Assembly (NCBI RefSeq): GCF_006345805.1
Contig: NC_043015.1
Location: forward strand, 13,640,001 to 13,704,000
From: Octopus sinensis
Lineage: Eukaryota
DNA: 64,000 nt
Direction: 5' to 3'
The notes under the pieces: generated by a model
Database searches by the model: none
What the model was told of the DNA's origin: nothing
Seen by the model: the letters and a program-made list of their open reading frames with translations, nothing else
Made by a program: the position numbers and the translations under genes
Shown here: piece by piece, positions 12,166 to 25,400 of the stretch
Layout of the letters: each line of letters opens with the position of its first letter
How positions within the stretch are numbered: position 1 is the first letter of the stretch

Positions 12166-12580
12166 TGTAGTTCAGGCTTTCGGCAGTTGAAGAGATAAGA
12201 CTTCAAGTACAAACGCTATTTACAACTGGTTTATTTACAGGTTTTTTTTACAGGATAAGTGAAGTGTACTGCTCTCAGCAACCATCCTAAGATGTGTGCG
12301 TTGTGTAGTAGCTCCGTTAGTGTGGGCACATTGCCTCTGGAGATAGACAGGCAGAAAGCCTCAGCCAGTGGTTGTGTTCAGCCAGCATTGCTGTGGGGTG
12401 GTGCCAAAAAGAAAGAGATTCGAATCGGGTTTTCCCTTTATATATAGTTTCCATCGCGAGCCTCGTTGTGATCTCATGCATGGCAAATGGATGCAGATAA
12501 GGTCTCACTCCAGTCTCAGAGATGGCAATGGCTGCCGCAAGATCTCGTCCAATATGGTGCTGACTGCTTGTGCCACTACA
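12166..12580 (-). mobile_element. Probable solo LTR
   Basis: TGTAGT...ACTACA termini. On the minus strand a TATA-like ctatatataaa (about 12437-12447) precedes aataaa (about 12230). GC-richer than the flanks. TSD is imperfect (ctttg/ctgtc). Confidence 0.55.
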
Positions 12581-12761
12581 CTGTCTTTCTGATTGCAACT
12601 AGACGAATTGACTCAGTAGGTGACACTGTTGGCTCTTACAAAAGGTCTCACAACCGACTGATGTAGATACAATGAAGTAAGGGAAGACCACCATTAAATA
12701 TACCTAGTCTTTTCTTGTTCTAGAAAAAGAATGAACTGGCATCAACAAGATCACCAAAATT

Positions 12762-12805
<44 letters not shown>

Positions 12806-13480
12806 TGTGTGTGTGTGCTTATATTGTCAAGCAGTATATTACTGGTTATGCCACATAACTAGTCAGAAAGTAACTAATGATTTCATGACAGCACAAAACT
12901 GTTAGTACTATTCAGACCATTTACAGTGGCAAGCTGGCAGAAACATTAACAAACCAGGCAAAATGCTTAGAAACATTTCATCCATCCTTATGTTTAGAGT
13001 TCAAATCCCACCAAGGTCATCAGCATTACCTTTCATCTTTTAAATGTCAACAAAATAAGTACCAGCTGAGCACAGGGGACAATGTAATCAACTTTACACC
13101 TCCCCAAAATTACTGACATTGTGCCAAAATCTGGAATATCCATGCCAGCATGGAAAATGAATATTAAATGATGATGATGATGATGATGATGATACATACA
13201 TACATACATACATGCATGCATGCATGCATACATACATGCATACAGACATACATACATACACACAGCAAAGCAGTAAGCTGGTACAATCATTAGCATGCTG
13301 AGCAAAATGCTTTGAGGCATCTTCTCCATCTTTATGTTCTGAGTTCCAATCCTGCTGAGGTCAACTTTACCTTTGAGTCTTTGATGGTCGATAAGATAAG
13401 TACCCGTTGAAAACTGGGGTTGATATAATCAATTTATTTCCTCCCCAAAATTGCTGGCCTTCTGCCAAAATTTGAAAGCA

Positions 13481-13535
<55 letters not shown>

Positions 13536-13540
13536 TATAC

Positions 13541-13589
<49 letters not shown>

Positions 13590-14904
13590 TATATATATAT
13601 ATGTATATATAAACAAAATTTAATTGTTTACTTCTGACATATTTATTACTCTTAGAAAAGCTAAAAAAGTTTATTAAATTGATTTTTTTTTCACAAATCA
13701 ATTATTTATAGATAATGGAATTAGCTGATTCTGTCTGGATATATACATATTATGATGAGTCAAATTATGATATTTTATGGAAGAGTATAGGATACATATT
13801 TTAGTGTTTGAGCTTCATTTAGAAAATGAAGTGCACACATCTATTGTGCATCGAATATTGTTGTGCAGTCACTGTAGTTAATTGCCATTTGTTAATGTTT
13901 GTGTGCAAATATGTCTGTACATGATGGGGTCAGGCATCCCTGTCAATAACTCCTGTTCTTAACAAAGCATGGCTGAAGAGTACAGATTGTAGTTAAAGAA
14001 ACCTAGAAGGTTTGTGAATTGAGGAGAGTGGTGCAAATTATCCTTTGTTACTGGGTCAGGAAATAGCTTTCCTGTCACAGACAGTGAGGACATTTGAGTC
14101 TACTACCTTTTACTTCTCTTCCTGTTCCTCTCCTATCATCATTGTCCTCCTCTACTTCCCCCTCTTCGTCATCATCCTCATTGCTATCATTTCCATTCTC
14201 ATTATACTACTACTGCTAACCACCATCATATATACACAAATATGTGTGTATATAGACAGATAGATAGGTATGCACACACACAATACATGCACAGGCACAC
14301 ATACACATACACACATACACATACACACATATGACACATATGAACATACAAAAACATACATACACACACACAATTCTCTCTCTCTCTCTCTCTCTCTCTC
14401 AGCCTGTGTTTAACCCGCTCTTGTCTTTATCTCTTCTAATGTGAATGAAATAGTTGCTATGATGCAAAACAATGAAGAGCTCACATAAGTTACTCCACAG
14501 CTGCAGGCTAAGCTTTTCTCATTAAAGACTGAAAAAAAAGTTTATTCGGTTTATCATAAGTTGCATTATATCATCCCCTTTGTTGCCAAGGATTATTAAC
14601 CAACTAAAATGAGAACAGCTCTCTTTAACACCTCCTTCACCTCTCTTTTTACCTCTCTTCTCTCAAGATTATTATTGTCTTTAAAGGTGACATGATGAGA
14701 TAGTATGGTTGACAAAAGGGCAGAGATCGGGCTTATTCCTCTCTCCAGAACTTTAATCTTTATGATGCAAGCAAGGCTGCATGGTAAAGCTTCATAACCA
14801 AATGGTTCTAAATTCATTCCAACTGAATGGCACTTTAAACAAGTGCCTTCTTCCACTATAGACTCAAGTTGGCCAGTGCCAATACATACACACACATGTG
14901 CATG

Positions 14905-14938
<34 letters not shown>

Positions 14939-15908
14939 CTTTGTTGCAGCAGCAATAGTGGTGATGCCATCATTCCAAGAAAAGTTTGATAGTGTAATTC
15001 AAGTCAGAGCAACTTCACTTGAACTGCCTTAAGATTTGAAACTTGGCCTTAAAGAAGTCTGGTAGAGCAATTTGTATTTCATTCAGAATGCTTCCATGCC
15101 AAAATATTGTTCCATCATAAACCAAGAATAAATTATCATTCACAGTAAGAATGATAACGGAAAATAACTACTCTACAGTGTCAGATAAAAAGCTTGAAAA
15201 TGCTCAAATAATGAATTGGATTCATTTAAACTTACAGTCAGAAGCAGTGTTGTTTCAAATTATACAGTAGATTTAATTAAATATAAGAAATGATAAAAAT
15301 TGATGGTAGCCTCTCTTGCCACTAGTTTCAAATTCATTGTTTTATTCTACCTATTCAGGCAATCTAATTCAACAATGGATTGATAAATACAGAAGATAAT
15401 CACCTATTGGCATCAGGGGTTGAATTTTTCCCTCTATATTTTGACCAAGGACCCTAATAAATTTAGGACAGTAATTATGATATTCTAAGTTGTGTATTAC
15501 ATGTATTAATAGTTTTATATCAAAATAAGATGGCCAGCTGGCAGAATCATTACCACGCCAGAATAAATGCTTAGCAGTATTTCTTTTGACTATAGGCTCT
15601 GAGTTTAAATGTCACCAGGGTCAAATTTCATCCTTTCGGGGTCGATAAAATAAGTACCTGTTGAGCACTGGAGTTGATGTAATTGACTTGCACCCTCTCC
15701 CAACGATTTTTGCCTTGTGCCAAAGTTTGAAACCAATAATTTCTTATCAGATGCATGGCTGTGTGATTAAGAAGCTTGCTTCTCAATTATGCGGTCTCAG
15801 GTTCAGCCCCACTGCACAGCACCTTAGGTTTCTACTATAACCCCAAGCTTACCAAAGCTTTATGAGTGGATTTGGTAAGCGGAAACTGGAAGAAGCTCAT
15901 TGTATGTA

Positions 15909-15948
<40 letters not shown>

Positions 15949-16819
15949 AAAATCACATGATGATTGTTAATGAGCATCATTTAGTCTTCCATGAAAATCA
16001 TCTGATCATGAGAAAATATTACCTTGCTTGGGAACAGGTGGGGGTTGGCTGGAGGAAGGGTATTCGGTTGCATTAAATCTGACTCAACAAATTCCATCTG
16101 ATCCTTGCAAGCATGGAAAAGTTTATCACCATCATTAAATCAATCTCAGTTATTTAATATTCAGTTTAGTTATTTGATAGCAATAAAGACAAAATAAAAG
16201 AAGGCCAATGCTTCATAGATGGTATCACAGGTCTCCTGACAAAATACATTGCAATATCTACTTTTGTTTCTGTGGGTTCAAATGTTTCTAGAACTCATTT
16301 TCACTTTCAACATGTTAAGATCAATAAAAGAAGTAACGGTTAATAACAGTGGGAGAGGGTAGGGCTATCATTCAACTGTACCCCATCCTCATTTAAAATT
16401 ACCTTTCTGTCCACCCTCCAAATTTACCAATAAATGCAAATAAATATTTAATTAAGATTCTAACATGCTTACCTGTGCATTGCAAGATATTGTAATAAAT
16501 CCATTTTGTATTGTTTTGTTTTCTTTTAAAAACCAAAAATGTAGAAAAAAATTATAGAAATTCTCTTGTGTTTTTCTTTTTTCAGAGTCTTTTGATCATT
16601 TTAGTTATCACTAGTAGATTTTTCAGGGGGTTTTTTTTAAGTCTCTTTTTTGAATTGCTCAAAATGTGATAAAGTCAAGACTGCAGACATAGCAAATTAT
16701 CCAGAAACTGAGGTCGGTAAAACAACTCAGCCGATCTTATCTAAAAAAACTGATATTAATTAGATATGTCACTCTCAACCCCTCTACCTTAAATACTAAT
16801 CTTTCATATTCCCAAACAA

Positions 16820-18080
16820 TACTCCCACCCCCACCCCCACCCCACAATCATCATTACTCTCACTGCCACTCTGGAAATCTCAACTGTCACCACCACCACT
16901 TCTTATCCCTTTCAGCATTCAGTGCTCAATTGCAACCCCTACCAACAACAGTAGCATTACTGTTCCCCCACCTCCAGGGTGTTGATTACTAACCTCGTAA
17001 TCAACACCCCACCACCACTAACAGCAACAACAACAATATAGAAAGAACCTCTATGTGATCACTCAACCTGCTAAGAACAGCAGTCAAATTTCTATCATAT
17101 CAAAATTAAATTATCTTAAAGTGAGGTACATTTAGGATAATGTAGTCCTAGATACACTGTGTCAACAAAAAAATACAGGATGATCATAGTTGAAAAATAC
17201 TTTGAAAATGGGCAACGTGTTCATTCAGGGCTGACATGGGACTAAATATTTGCCACCACCATCACCACCACCATCACCACCACCACCACCACTGCTGCCA
17301 CCATCACCATGATTTCATTGTCATCATTGCTCCCCTCTACTTCCACAATCATTGTTATCACTACCATTCCTACCACTATAAACCTTATTACTGCTGTTAC
17401 TAATACCACCACCACCACTACAACTACTACAGCAACAACAACAATTACTACTACAGCTACTTCAAATATCACTTTCTGCTCAACAATGATGTCTTCAACC
17501 ACCACCACCACTACCACTACCCACTACCTTCACCTTTACTACTATAAAGCACTTCCTTTTCTTCCTTCATGCTGGTGCTGGTGGGGGGAACTTTCAGTCT
17601 CTCTTTTGACAGGTGTATGCCTTGTAATTTCATAATGACAAATCTTTTAATGCAGAAGTGCAACACCCTAGTGATGGACACCACTTGTTATTGTTATTCT
17701 AGGTGGTAGTGGTGTGTTACTGGCAGTGGCATTGATGGTGGTGGTGGTGATGGTGGCAGTAGAAATGGTAAATTGCTAGTTGTGATGGTGATGGTGTCGT
17801 TTAGTGGAGTTGGTGGTGGTGGTGGTGGTGGTGGTACATTGCTGGTGGAGTTAGTGATGACAGTGGTGGTTGGCAAAAGTCAGAATGTGGTGTGGGCTGG
17901 TAGTGGTGGTGATAGTTGTGGTGGTGATGATGATGATGATGGTGACGGTAATGGTGGTGGAGTTGTCACTGTTGTTATTGGTGTTGTCGTTGGTGGTAGT
18001 GACAGTGATGGTGGTTGTGGAGAGGGTAGTGGTGGGGTAAAGGGATGATGAAGGTTGCAGTGATGGTGGTGGTAGTAAGA
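16820..18080. repeat. Low-complexity (ACC/ACT/AAC)n and (GGT/GAT)n tracts
   Basis: Degenerate trinucleotide repeats that give poly-T/V/G/P pseudo-ORFs. Confidence 0.8.
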
Positions 18081-18369
18081 GTATTAGTAGATGTTATTGT
18101 ATTTGTTACTATTATCGTTGTTGTTAAACCTCATGTCATTAAATGCACGTGAACACACACACACATACACACACAAGCAGACATATATTTGTATATACAT
18201 GTACAGGTGCATTCATACATACACATTTTTTATACATGCACATACATTTGCATGTGAGCCTATTTTCACATACACACATGAACACACACTTATGCAGCAC
18301 AGACAGATCCCTGCAAGTTTGCTCATAGACCTCAGAAATATGTGCCATGGCAGAGCCTCAACATAACTT

Positions 18370-19562
18370 TTTTGAACTGTTAGAAATATCAGCCAAATTT
18401 TCTCCAAAACATATTTTATTACCTTGGAGAGAGAATGAAGACTTCATTGCAGCATATATCTAAATGAAAGTTGGGACAGTCATAAGTGGAAGTCATAATC
18501 AGAAGCAGTGAATGATGCTTCACTTACCACTGGCAAGAATGCCAGAAAAACAGTACAATAGTCATTTTGATAATTGCACGGATAAGATGCAAAAGTCCAA
18601 TGAAATGCATCAAACTCTTAGTTCAACTGTTGATTACCAACAAAAATTTACTTGGAAGTTCATCAGATATTGTCTTTTCCACTTCTTGAGTAAGTTTCTC
18701 CATGTATTTCTTAAAGGTCATATTTTTCATACTTCCCAAGTTTATGTACATATGTGTCAGTGGATCTTCAGTAAAGAAAAATCGGTCTTCAGTAAAGAAA
18801 AATCCAACCATAAACATTTAATGCCAAGCGACTGACCAAACTACTTAGAGAAAGAAAACTCAATAAAGATGGTTGTCCAGTTGCTTGTGTAGTAGAATAC
18901 TTTGGATGCTGGTTTTTTTATATGATTCATATGATTTTTCCTTTCTTTCTGGGTCAACTATTTTCCACACTTGCATTTCCATACATGTTCACCGCCTGTT
19001 TGGTTAAAATATTTTCTGATGATTTGCTTGTTTTCATATGGTACGGGTTAGTTTAAAATAAAAAGATATTTCACTACAGTTTAAAATAGAACACATTTTG
19101 CCGCCCCACTGATGAAAGTCTTATTCAGTTAATACGTTGGAATGGAATTCAAGATACAACTGTATTGTGGGTGAAGTTACGATTTAATGACTTGAAGACA
19201 GAATGTGTGAATCATTCTTGGCAGTGAGAACCAAGAATCACTCAACAGCAATTATTTGACAACATACACAATAGTCAATTCATAAACACAACAGGTATGT
19301 ATGAATCATTCTCAGAAGTCAGAAAAAAGTGTCAACACAATACCTCAAATGATAATAGAACGCTGCATTTGCCAATTTAACATCGAATGAAGTATGAGCC
19401 ATTTGAAAAACTTTCACAGACAATGATGCAGTTAACTGCAATTAATTGCAATTAATTGATATGATAGCAATCAATTATTTAATTGGCAGTATGACTCCAA
19501 TCAATTAATTGGACCAATATATTGCAATTAATTTTTCATCAATTAATTTCTTACAAACCCTG
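18370..19562 (-). mobile_element. hAT-type DNA transposon fragment with BED zinc finger and one terminus
   Basis: Minus strand reads IRKYFNQTGGEHVWKCKCGK...MNHIK(fs)QHP, a BED finger, then FKKYMEKLTQEVEKTISDELPSKFLLVI. The terminus CAGGGTTTG at 19562 is followed by subterminal caattaattg repeats (19430-19550). Confidence 0.7.
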
Positions 19563-20197
19563 ATGGCAACAGTCCGGATACTTATTGATCAGACCACGTA
19601 TATATGATGGGCTTCTTTCAGTTTCCGTCCACCAAATCCACTCAGAAGGCATTAGTTGATCTGTGGCTATAGTAGAAGACACTTGCCCAAGGTGCCATGC
19701 AGAGAGATTGAAACTGGAACCATGCGGTTGGGAAGTAAACTTCATACAACACACCCATGCCTGCGACATATGTACTGTAATGTAATGAAACCAATAAGGG
19801 AAGAAAAAATAGAAAGGAAAGTAAGTCCAGACAAATTGTCATCAACCTTGTAATTGTACAGACCTATCATCAAAATATTTCTAGCCACAACCATTTCATC
19901 TTATATTCAAGCATTGTCTACCTAAGACTACATTATCTAATGTGTTGTATTATTACTATTTTTGAGGATGCTTCTGATTGAGTAGACCTATGATTAAAGG
20001 TGTTCCAGCTGTGACCATCCTAAATGTTTAGTAGAGTGTAACTTGATAGAAGTTTGGCTGCTATTTCTAAGAAATTGAAAGATTATGTAAAGGTTTCCTC
20101 GTTTTGCTCATGACTCTAATGATTTTAGGCATTGGGGTTATCAAAGATATTGGTAGTGTTAGTGGAAGGTGGGATAGTGTTAATAATAATAATAAAG

Positions 20198-20267
<70 letters not shown>

Positions 20268-20289
20268 TGATGATGATAATAATAATAAT

Positions 20290-20725
20290 AATAAGGCAAA
20301 AGAATTTAACAAGCTCAGAAAATATAAAGACCTGCTCATTGAAATTGAGAAAATGTGGCATCTCAAGGCGGTTACAATACCAGTGATCGTAGGAGCACTA
20401 GGAATGATCAAGAAGGGAACCGAAAATTATATGAGAATGATCCCTGGCTTACCATCCCTGCAAGAAGTGCAAAAGATTGTCTTAACTGGTACATCACACG
20501 TATTGAGAAGAGCATTGTCGATGTGAGAACTATTACTACCCATGTATTTTAATTTAACTCTATTTCTATAAAAAAAAAAAAAATGAACGAACTAGTGAGT
20601 TTAGTTTAATGGCCTACCAATGTATACTATGAGTTTCTCTGCCCTAGGAGTCGGGAAGACACTCGGCAAGAAATGGAAGCAAATTTGAAAGAAGAAGAAA
20701 AACCCATAAATAATAATAATAATAA

Positions 20726-20756
<31 letters not shown>

Positions 20757-20757
20757 A
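20290..20757 (+). mobile_element. 3' end of an RLE-type non-LTR retrotransposon (R4/Dong-like) within a (TAA)n array
   Basis: KEFNKLRKYKDLLIEIEKMWHLKAVTIPVIVGALGMIKK..SLQEVQKIVLTGTSHVLRRALSM*. (AAT)n lies on both sides (20181-20292 and 20708-20755). Confidence 0.85.
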
Positions 20758-21090
20758 TAGATGGTGGTAGTGGGGGTAGGGCACTAGTGTAAACAGAAAT
20801 TGTGTTCTTTTTTACTTAATTTCCATCTTCCTTTGTATGCTAAAAACAAATAGAAAATCTATTTCCAACAACCTGCTAACCAACCTCACAGCTGTTAACA
20901 TCAGAACCACCCACATATTTCATATAAATAGATCAAAAGATATTTCTGTTGTTTGGTTTCTAAAATCCTAGTAGCTAAACCATTTAACTGGTTCCTAACC
21001 CTAATTAGAGGAAAGTGGTTGAGGACTGTGCTTGGTTACAAAGGTTGTCAATGTAATCTATCGCAAATGTTGTGATATGTCTGAGACAGA

Positions 21091-21313
21091 AGTGTTCACA
21101 CCTGTTGCAGTTATGGCTATAGTATTAGTAACAATAGTAACAGCAGTGTGAACAACTTTCTTCTCTAACATCTTTTTTCCCATTCCTATGCCAAGTCCAA
21201 TAATAGTTGGTATAGGAATGGGGAAAATGTTGTTAGGGAAGAAGAAAGTTGTTCATATTGCTGTTACTATTGCCACTAAAACTAAAGCCATAACTGCAAC
21301 GGATGTGAACACT
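21091..21313. repeat. Long inverted repeat, arms ~105 bp, loop ~12 nt
   Basis: agtgttcacacctgttgcagttatggct...cattcctatgccaa pairs with ttggtataggaatg...agccataactgcaacggatgtgaacact. Confidence 0.9.
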
Positions 21314-21409
21314 AAATACAGTCTATCCTTATAGCCTCTTCTGTCTCTAAAGCTATATTAGGCTGATGAAGGTTGAATAAAGGACTTCCCTCTCCCTAAA
21401 TACAGTTTA

Positions 21410-21624
21410 TTTATTTCTTTACTACCCACATGGGGCTAAAAACACAGAGAGGACAAACAAGGATAGACAAACAGATTAAGTCGACTATATCGACCCCAGT
21501 GCATAACTGGTACTTATTTAATCGACCCCAAAAGGATGAAAGGCAAAGTCGACCTCGGCAGAATTTGAACTCAGAATGTAACAGCAGGCATTTCTCCCGG
21601 CGCACTAATGTTTCTGCCAGCTCG
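21410..21624 (-). mobile_element. SINE family B with 12-bp TSD
   Basis: TSD aaatacagttta at 21398-21409 and 21625-21636. Confidence 0.85.
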
Positions 21625-23699
21625 AAATACAGTTTACCCTTATAGCCTCTTCTGTCTCTTGTAAAGGGGTTGGTTGTGTCATTAATGTCACGTGTGATGT
21701 AAGTAGTACCCTGTGAGTATCAAGGCTCTGTAGAAGACCAGTCAGTCAGAGAGAACTGACAGAGCAAGCCACACTCTTACAAACTTCCAACTGAGATTAT
21801 CAATGTCACACATAAGACTAGTCCTTCAGAGATCTTCAGTTAAAGTAATAAAATACACATAAAAACATAAATGTAACTCTCAGTGATGTTCAGCTTGATT
21901 GTTGCTATTAATGTCCTGATTTCTTGACCTTGACCCTTTGTTTATATTGTTTTTACAAACATAACACTGATATATTAAACAAACTGCAACAGGTTTGACT
22001 ACTCCTACAAGCAAAAATTTCCTTCCCATTATTTCCCAATGAATTAGCTGCCACTCAGTAAATAGCAAGAGCTAAATGACATTTCTTAGTAACAACTCAT
22101 AATTTTCAAACATATATAGTATACCACACATAGTTCATAGATCCGTCTTTTAAGTAGTACAAAATAACATTCTTATGCAGGCCAACTGCCTGAATTGTAT
22201 AAAATTATAAGACATCCATTCATGGTTTTGTTTCCCTTGTTAGTAATTAAGTGATTAATTTTCTCTTTCTGTGTTTTTTGGGTTTTTTTTTCTTTTTCTT
22301 ATTTGAAAGAGAATGTGGGTGTGTAAAGAAGAGAAATACATTGGGTAAAGAAATAAGAATTTAGAGGAAAGAAAGTAAGAGAGAGGGGTGGAGTCAAAGA
22401 GAGTCTCTTTTATTTCTAGGTATTACCTCTAAAGAAAACATTTCATCAGAACATCACTTTCTTTTATAAAAGAGAAGAGTATATGAGAGAATTGAAGCAA
22501 TGTCTCCACTGCTTGCTCTGCAATCAATTGAAAGTTTTTTATAGAATAAACAAGATTAAAAAAGCTTTAACTCAGCTGCAATAGTAAGCTGTCACTCAAA
22601 TTTTACTGAAGTTCAAGTCCCAAATTTATGCGAGCATACATACATCTATCATCATCATTATTTAACATCCATTTTCCATGCTGTCTTAAGTTGGATGGTT
22701 TGACAGGAGCTGGCAAGACTATGCCAAGCTCTACTGTCTGTTTGGCATGGCTTCTACAGCTAGACACCCTTTCTAATGCCAACCACTTTATGGAGTCTAT
22801 TAGGTGCTTTTTACTTAGCACCAACATCAATGAGGTCACCAAATAACTTACAAGACAGACCCCTCGACTGTGGCAGTGAATAGTTATAAGGGAAGTCCTT
22901 ACAAAGTTGTTGGTAATTGGTACAAGCCAAACGTGAAATATAGTTTCCATTTTAAACTGCTCATTAGCAATCAATATTAATTACATATGATTTATGTAGT
23001 GACTTCATTTGGGCAAAGAGTAGATTTGAACCTGAATTGGCAAAATTCCCTTAACATTTCAACAGCATTTTTCTCGCAGAAAACCCTGATAGTTGACAGG
23101 AGTTACATTCAACACATGGCTTTGCCAAGTCAATTTAGGTATTTTCCATTTAACTCTATGCTATCAAAAGTTGAAATTAGATAAGGAGCGACCTACATCA
23201 AGCTGCCCATTGTTCTCAGCTATATACCCCTTTTTGTAGCTAGTCTTCATAATTATAAATACTAAAATTCCATAAGAAAAAGTAAGTTAGTGAGAAGCAA
23301 CCAGCAAGCAGACACCTAGAAGCAAATGGCCAGAGGGAGAAGGAAACAATTGGCTGCTATGATACAACTTCCCGCTACTCTCTCTCACTTTCACTGGCTC
23401 AGCTTTCTCTTCTAACAAACATCACTCTATAACTATCTTTTGCTTACTACTACACTGTCAAGAATATTATACACACTTATACAAGGAAAAATTAATTCTC
23501 GATTATATTATGCATCCTTGACTGTTGTAGTATGGTTTTACATAAAGTAACAGTAAATAAAATTTGGAGCCAAAATCAACTTCAACCACTGTTCTTCTTT
23601 CATATCTGCAACATCAACACCTGTTGTATTTTGATAAACAAACGAAAGAAGGGCACTCAACCAATTTATTGGAAGTTACATGTATGGATCAAAACAGTT

Positions 23700-24330
23700 T
23701 CATTCTCTCCAGTTCTATCCCTGATCTCCTCATTCTGAATGTGATCTCTTAGCGAGACCTTCCATGGCTCTCTGTGCTGTAAGCAGATGTTGTTGCTCTC
23801 TCTTCGTCAAGGCTCAAGTCTCACATACATATAGCTTTGCTGGCAAGACTGTGCTGTTAAAGAGATTGGCATGAGTTGCCTTGTCTAGGTTTGCTTTCAG
23901 CACATCCTTCACCAAACTGAATGCTCTCCATCCAGTTCTTAACCTTCATGATGCAGTATGTCACCCACCTTAGGAAGGCAAACACCTGGTGCACAGCAAA
24001 TGTGGCCCTGTTATCCTCACCAGTGAATGTTCCAGTGGATAAGGGTGTCAAGGAAGGAGTCACCATCTCTCCTAAGCTTTTCACGGCATCTTGAGATGGT
24101 CATACTAGACATGAACTAGAACAGAGGCATAAGGATAAACAGAGAGCTGCTCACCCATCTAAGATTCACTGATGACATAGCACTGATAGCAGAGAGCACT
24201 GATCAGCTACAGACCATGCTAGACAAACTGGATTTCAGGGGTTCGGCAGTTGGCCTGAAGATCAACAGTCGGAGGTGATGAAATAGAAGAGTTGAGTAGC
24301 TATGTGTATCTCAGTCAAGAAGTAATTGTA
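23700..24330. mobile_element. RTE LINE fragment with inverted 5' part
   Basis: Plus strand about 23950-24330: SPVNVPVDKGVKEGVTISPKLF..LTHLRFTDDIALIA..AVGLKIN..YVYLSQEV. Minus strand about 23948-23700: ANLFNSTVLPAKLYVCET*ALTK..TAQRAME..HIQNEEIRDRTG. Confidence 0.75.
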
Positions 24331-24409
24331 TATGATGAAATGAGTAAGGGATTAAGTTAAGTGTTGTATCCCTCGGTACCTTGGTTATGTTGCAAGTCAG
24401 TGAAAGCTA

Positions 24410-25400
24410 TTTTGGAGAGGCACAACGCCACAACTCTGGCCAAGCACATTTGGCCTTTGAATGAAAACACCACCAAGCACAGCATAAAGTGGAATATTCT
24501 AGAGAAATGTAAACCATATTTCAATAGCAGCAAGAAGTGCAGATTATGCCTGGCTGAGAAAAGAGCAATTTTAAAGAGCACACAGCACCCAGGCATTACT
24601 GAATAACAGAAGGGAAATTTTTAATCCTTGCCCACATAAAAGGAAGTACATCCTATCATACTTGCATGCCCCATCATGACTATAATCACCAGACCTCCAG
24701 CCTTGGCCCTCTGTCAATACCCTGGAGTCTGGCAAAGAGTCTAACCAGAGCATGCACTAACACACCCACATACAAGCAAGCATGCTCCAACATGGCGGAC
24801 ACCCACCAAATAGACTGTTTTCCACCCCCACCCAATATAAAATCCTACACACATTGTACCCCTACACACACCTCACATCTACACATAAAGGCCACACGAC
24901 CTTAATCAAGACATAATAGAAAGAAAACACAGATGTGTTTGGCTACACCCCCTGCAAATGTTATACATGTAACACTACTACACATATTCCATTTCCACAA
25001 GTACACATTAAGGACACACACATTTCCCACAAATACTCCAAAATAACTCTCACCAGCTTGCAACATAACCAACCCAGTGGCAAGGTTTTGGTACCAAGGA
25101 ACATAACTCTTAGCTTAATTCCTTACTCATTTCGTTTCATCATCTTTTTCCTCAGCAACTGCAAACCAGATGTGTCCATTCACCTCAAACAATAGAGAGC
25201 AGTTGCCATATGTCATTCCATATCGGCTACCTCTGATGAGTATATGGTTATATAATTGGATTGTTACCTAAAACTCTGTTGAATCTCTAGCATGAAACCA
25301 ATTGGTAAGATCAGCTGTAATGGATATATAATATTGTACACTTCGGTTAATATACCCACTCTATTAACAAGTATACGAGTACATTTTTCCTGGTTTATGC
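24410..25400 (+). mobile_element. Penelope-like element 3' fragment (GIY-YIG C-terminus plus pLTR)
   Basis: HNATTLAKHIWPLNE..HSIKWNILEKCKPYFNSSKKCRLCLAEKRAI..NNRREIFNPCPHKRKY, followed by an AC-rich UTR and an HHR motif. Confidence 0.85.
25224..25317 (+). ncRNA. Type-I hammerhead ribozyme motif
   Basis: cggctacct CTGATGA (25233-25239) ... cat GAAA (25294-25297) ccaattgg TA agatcagctg, with palindromic stem III. Confidence 0.7.

Noticed and set aside
17242-18080. Thr-rich, Gly-rich and Pro-rich ORFs, and apparent C-rich/G-rich mirror symmetry
   Set aside because: Simple trinucleotide repeats with no specific arm-to-arm alignment and no splice or domain evidence.
19105-19215. CTGATGA aagtc as a possible hammerhead
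   Set aside because: No convincing GAAA-stem III-TH or stem I downstream.
21880-23530. Unique-looking DNA with a tgaccttgaccc nuclear-receptor-like site and promoter-like purine tracts
   Set aside because: Short motifs are expected by chance; a regulatory call cannot be supported without conservation or chromatin data.
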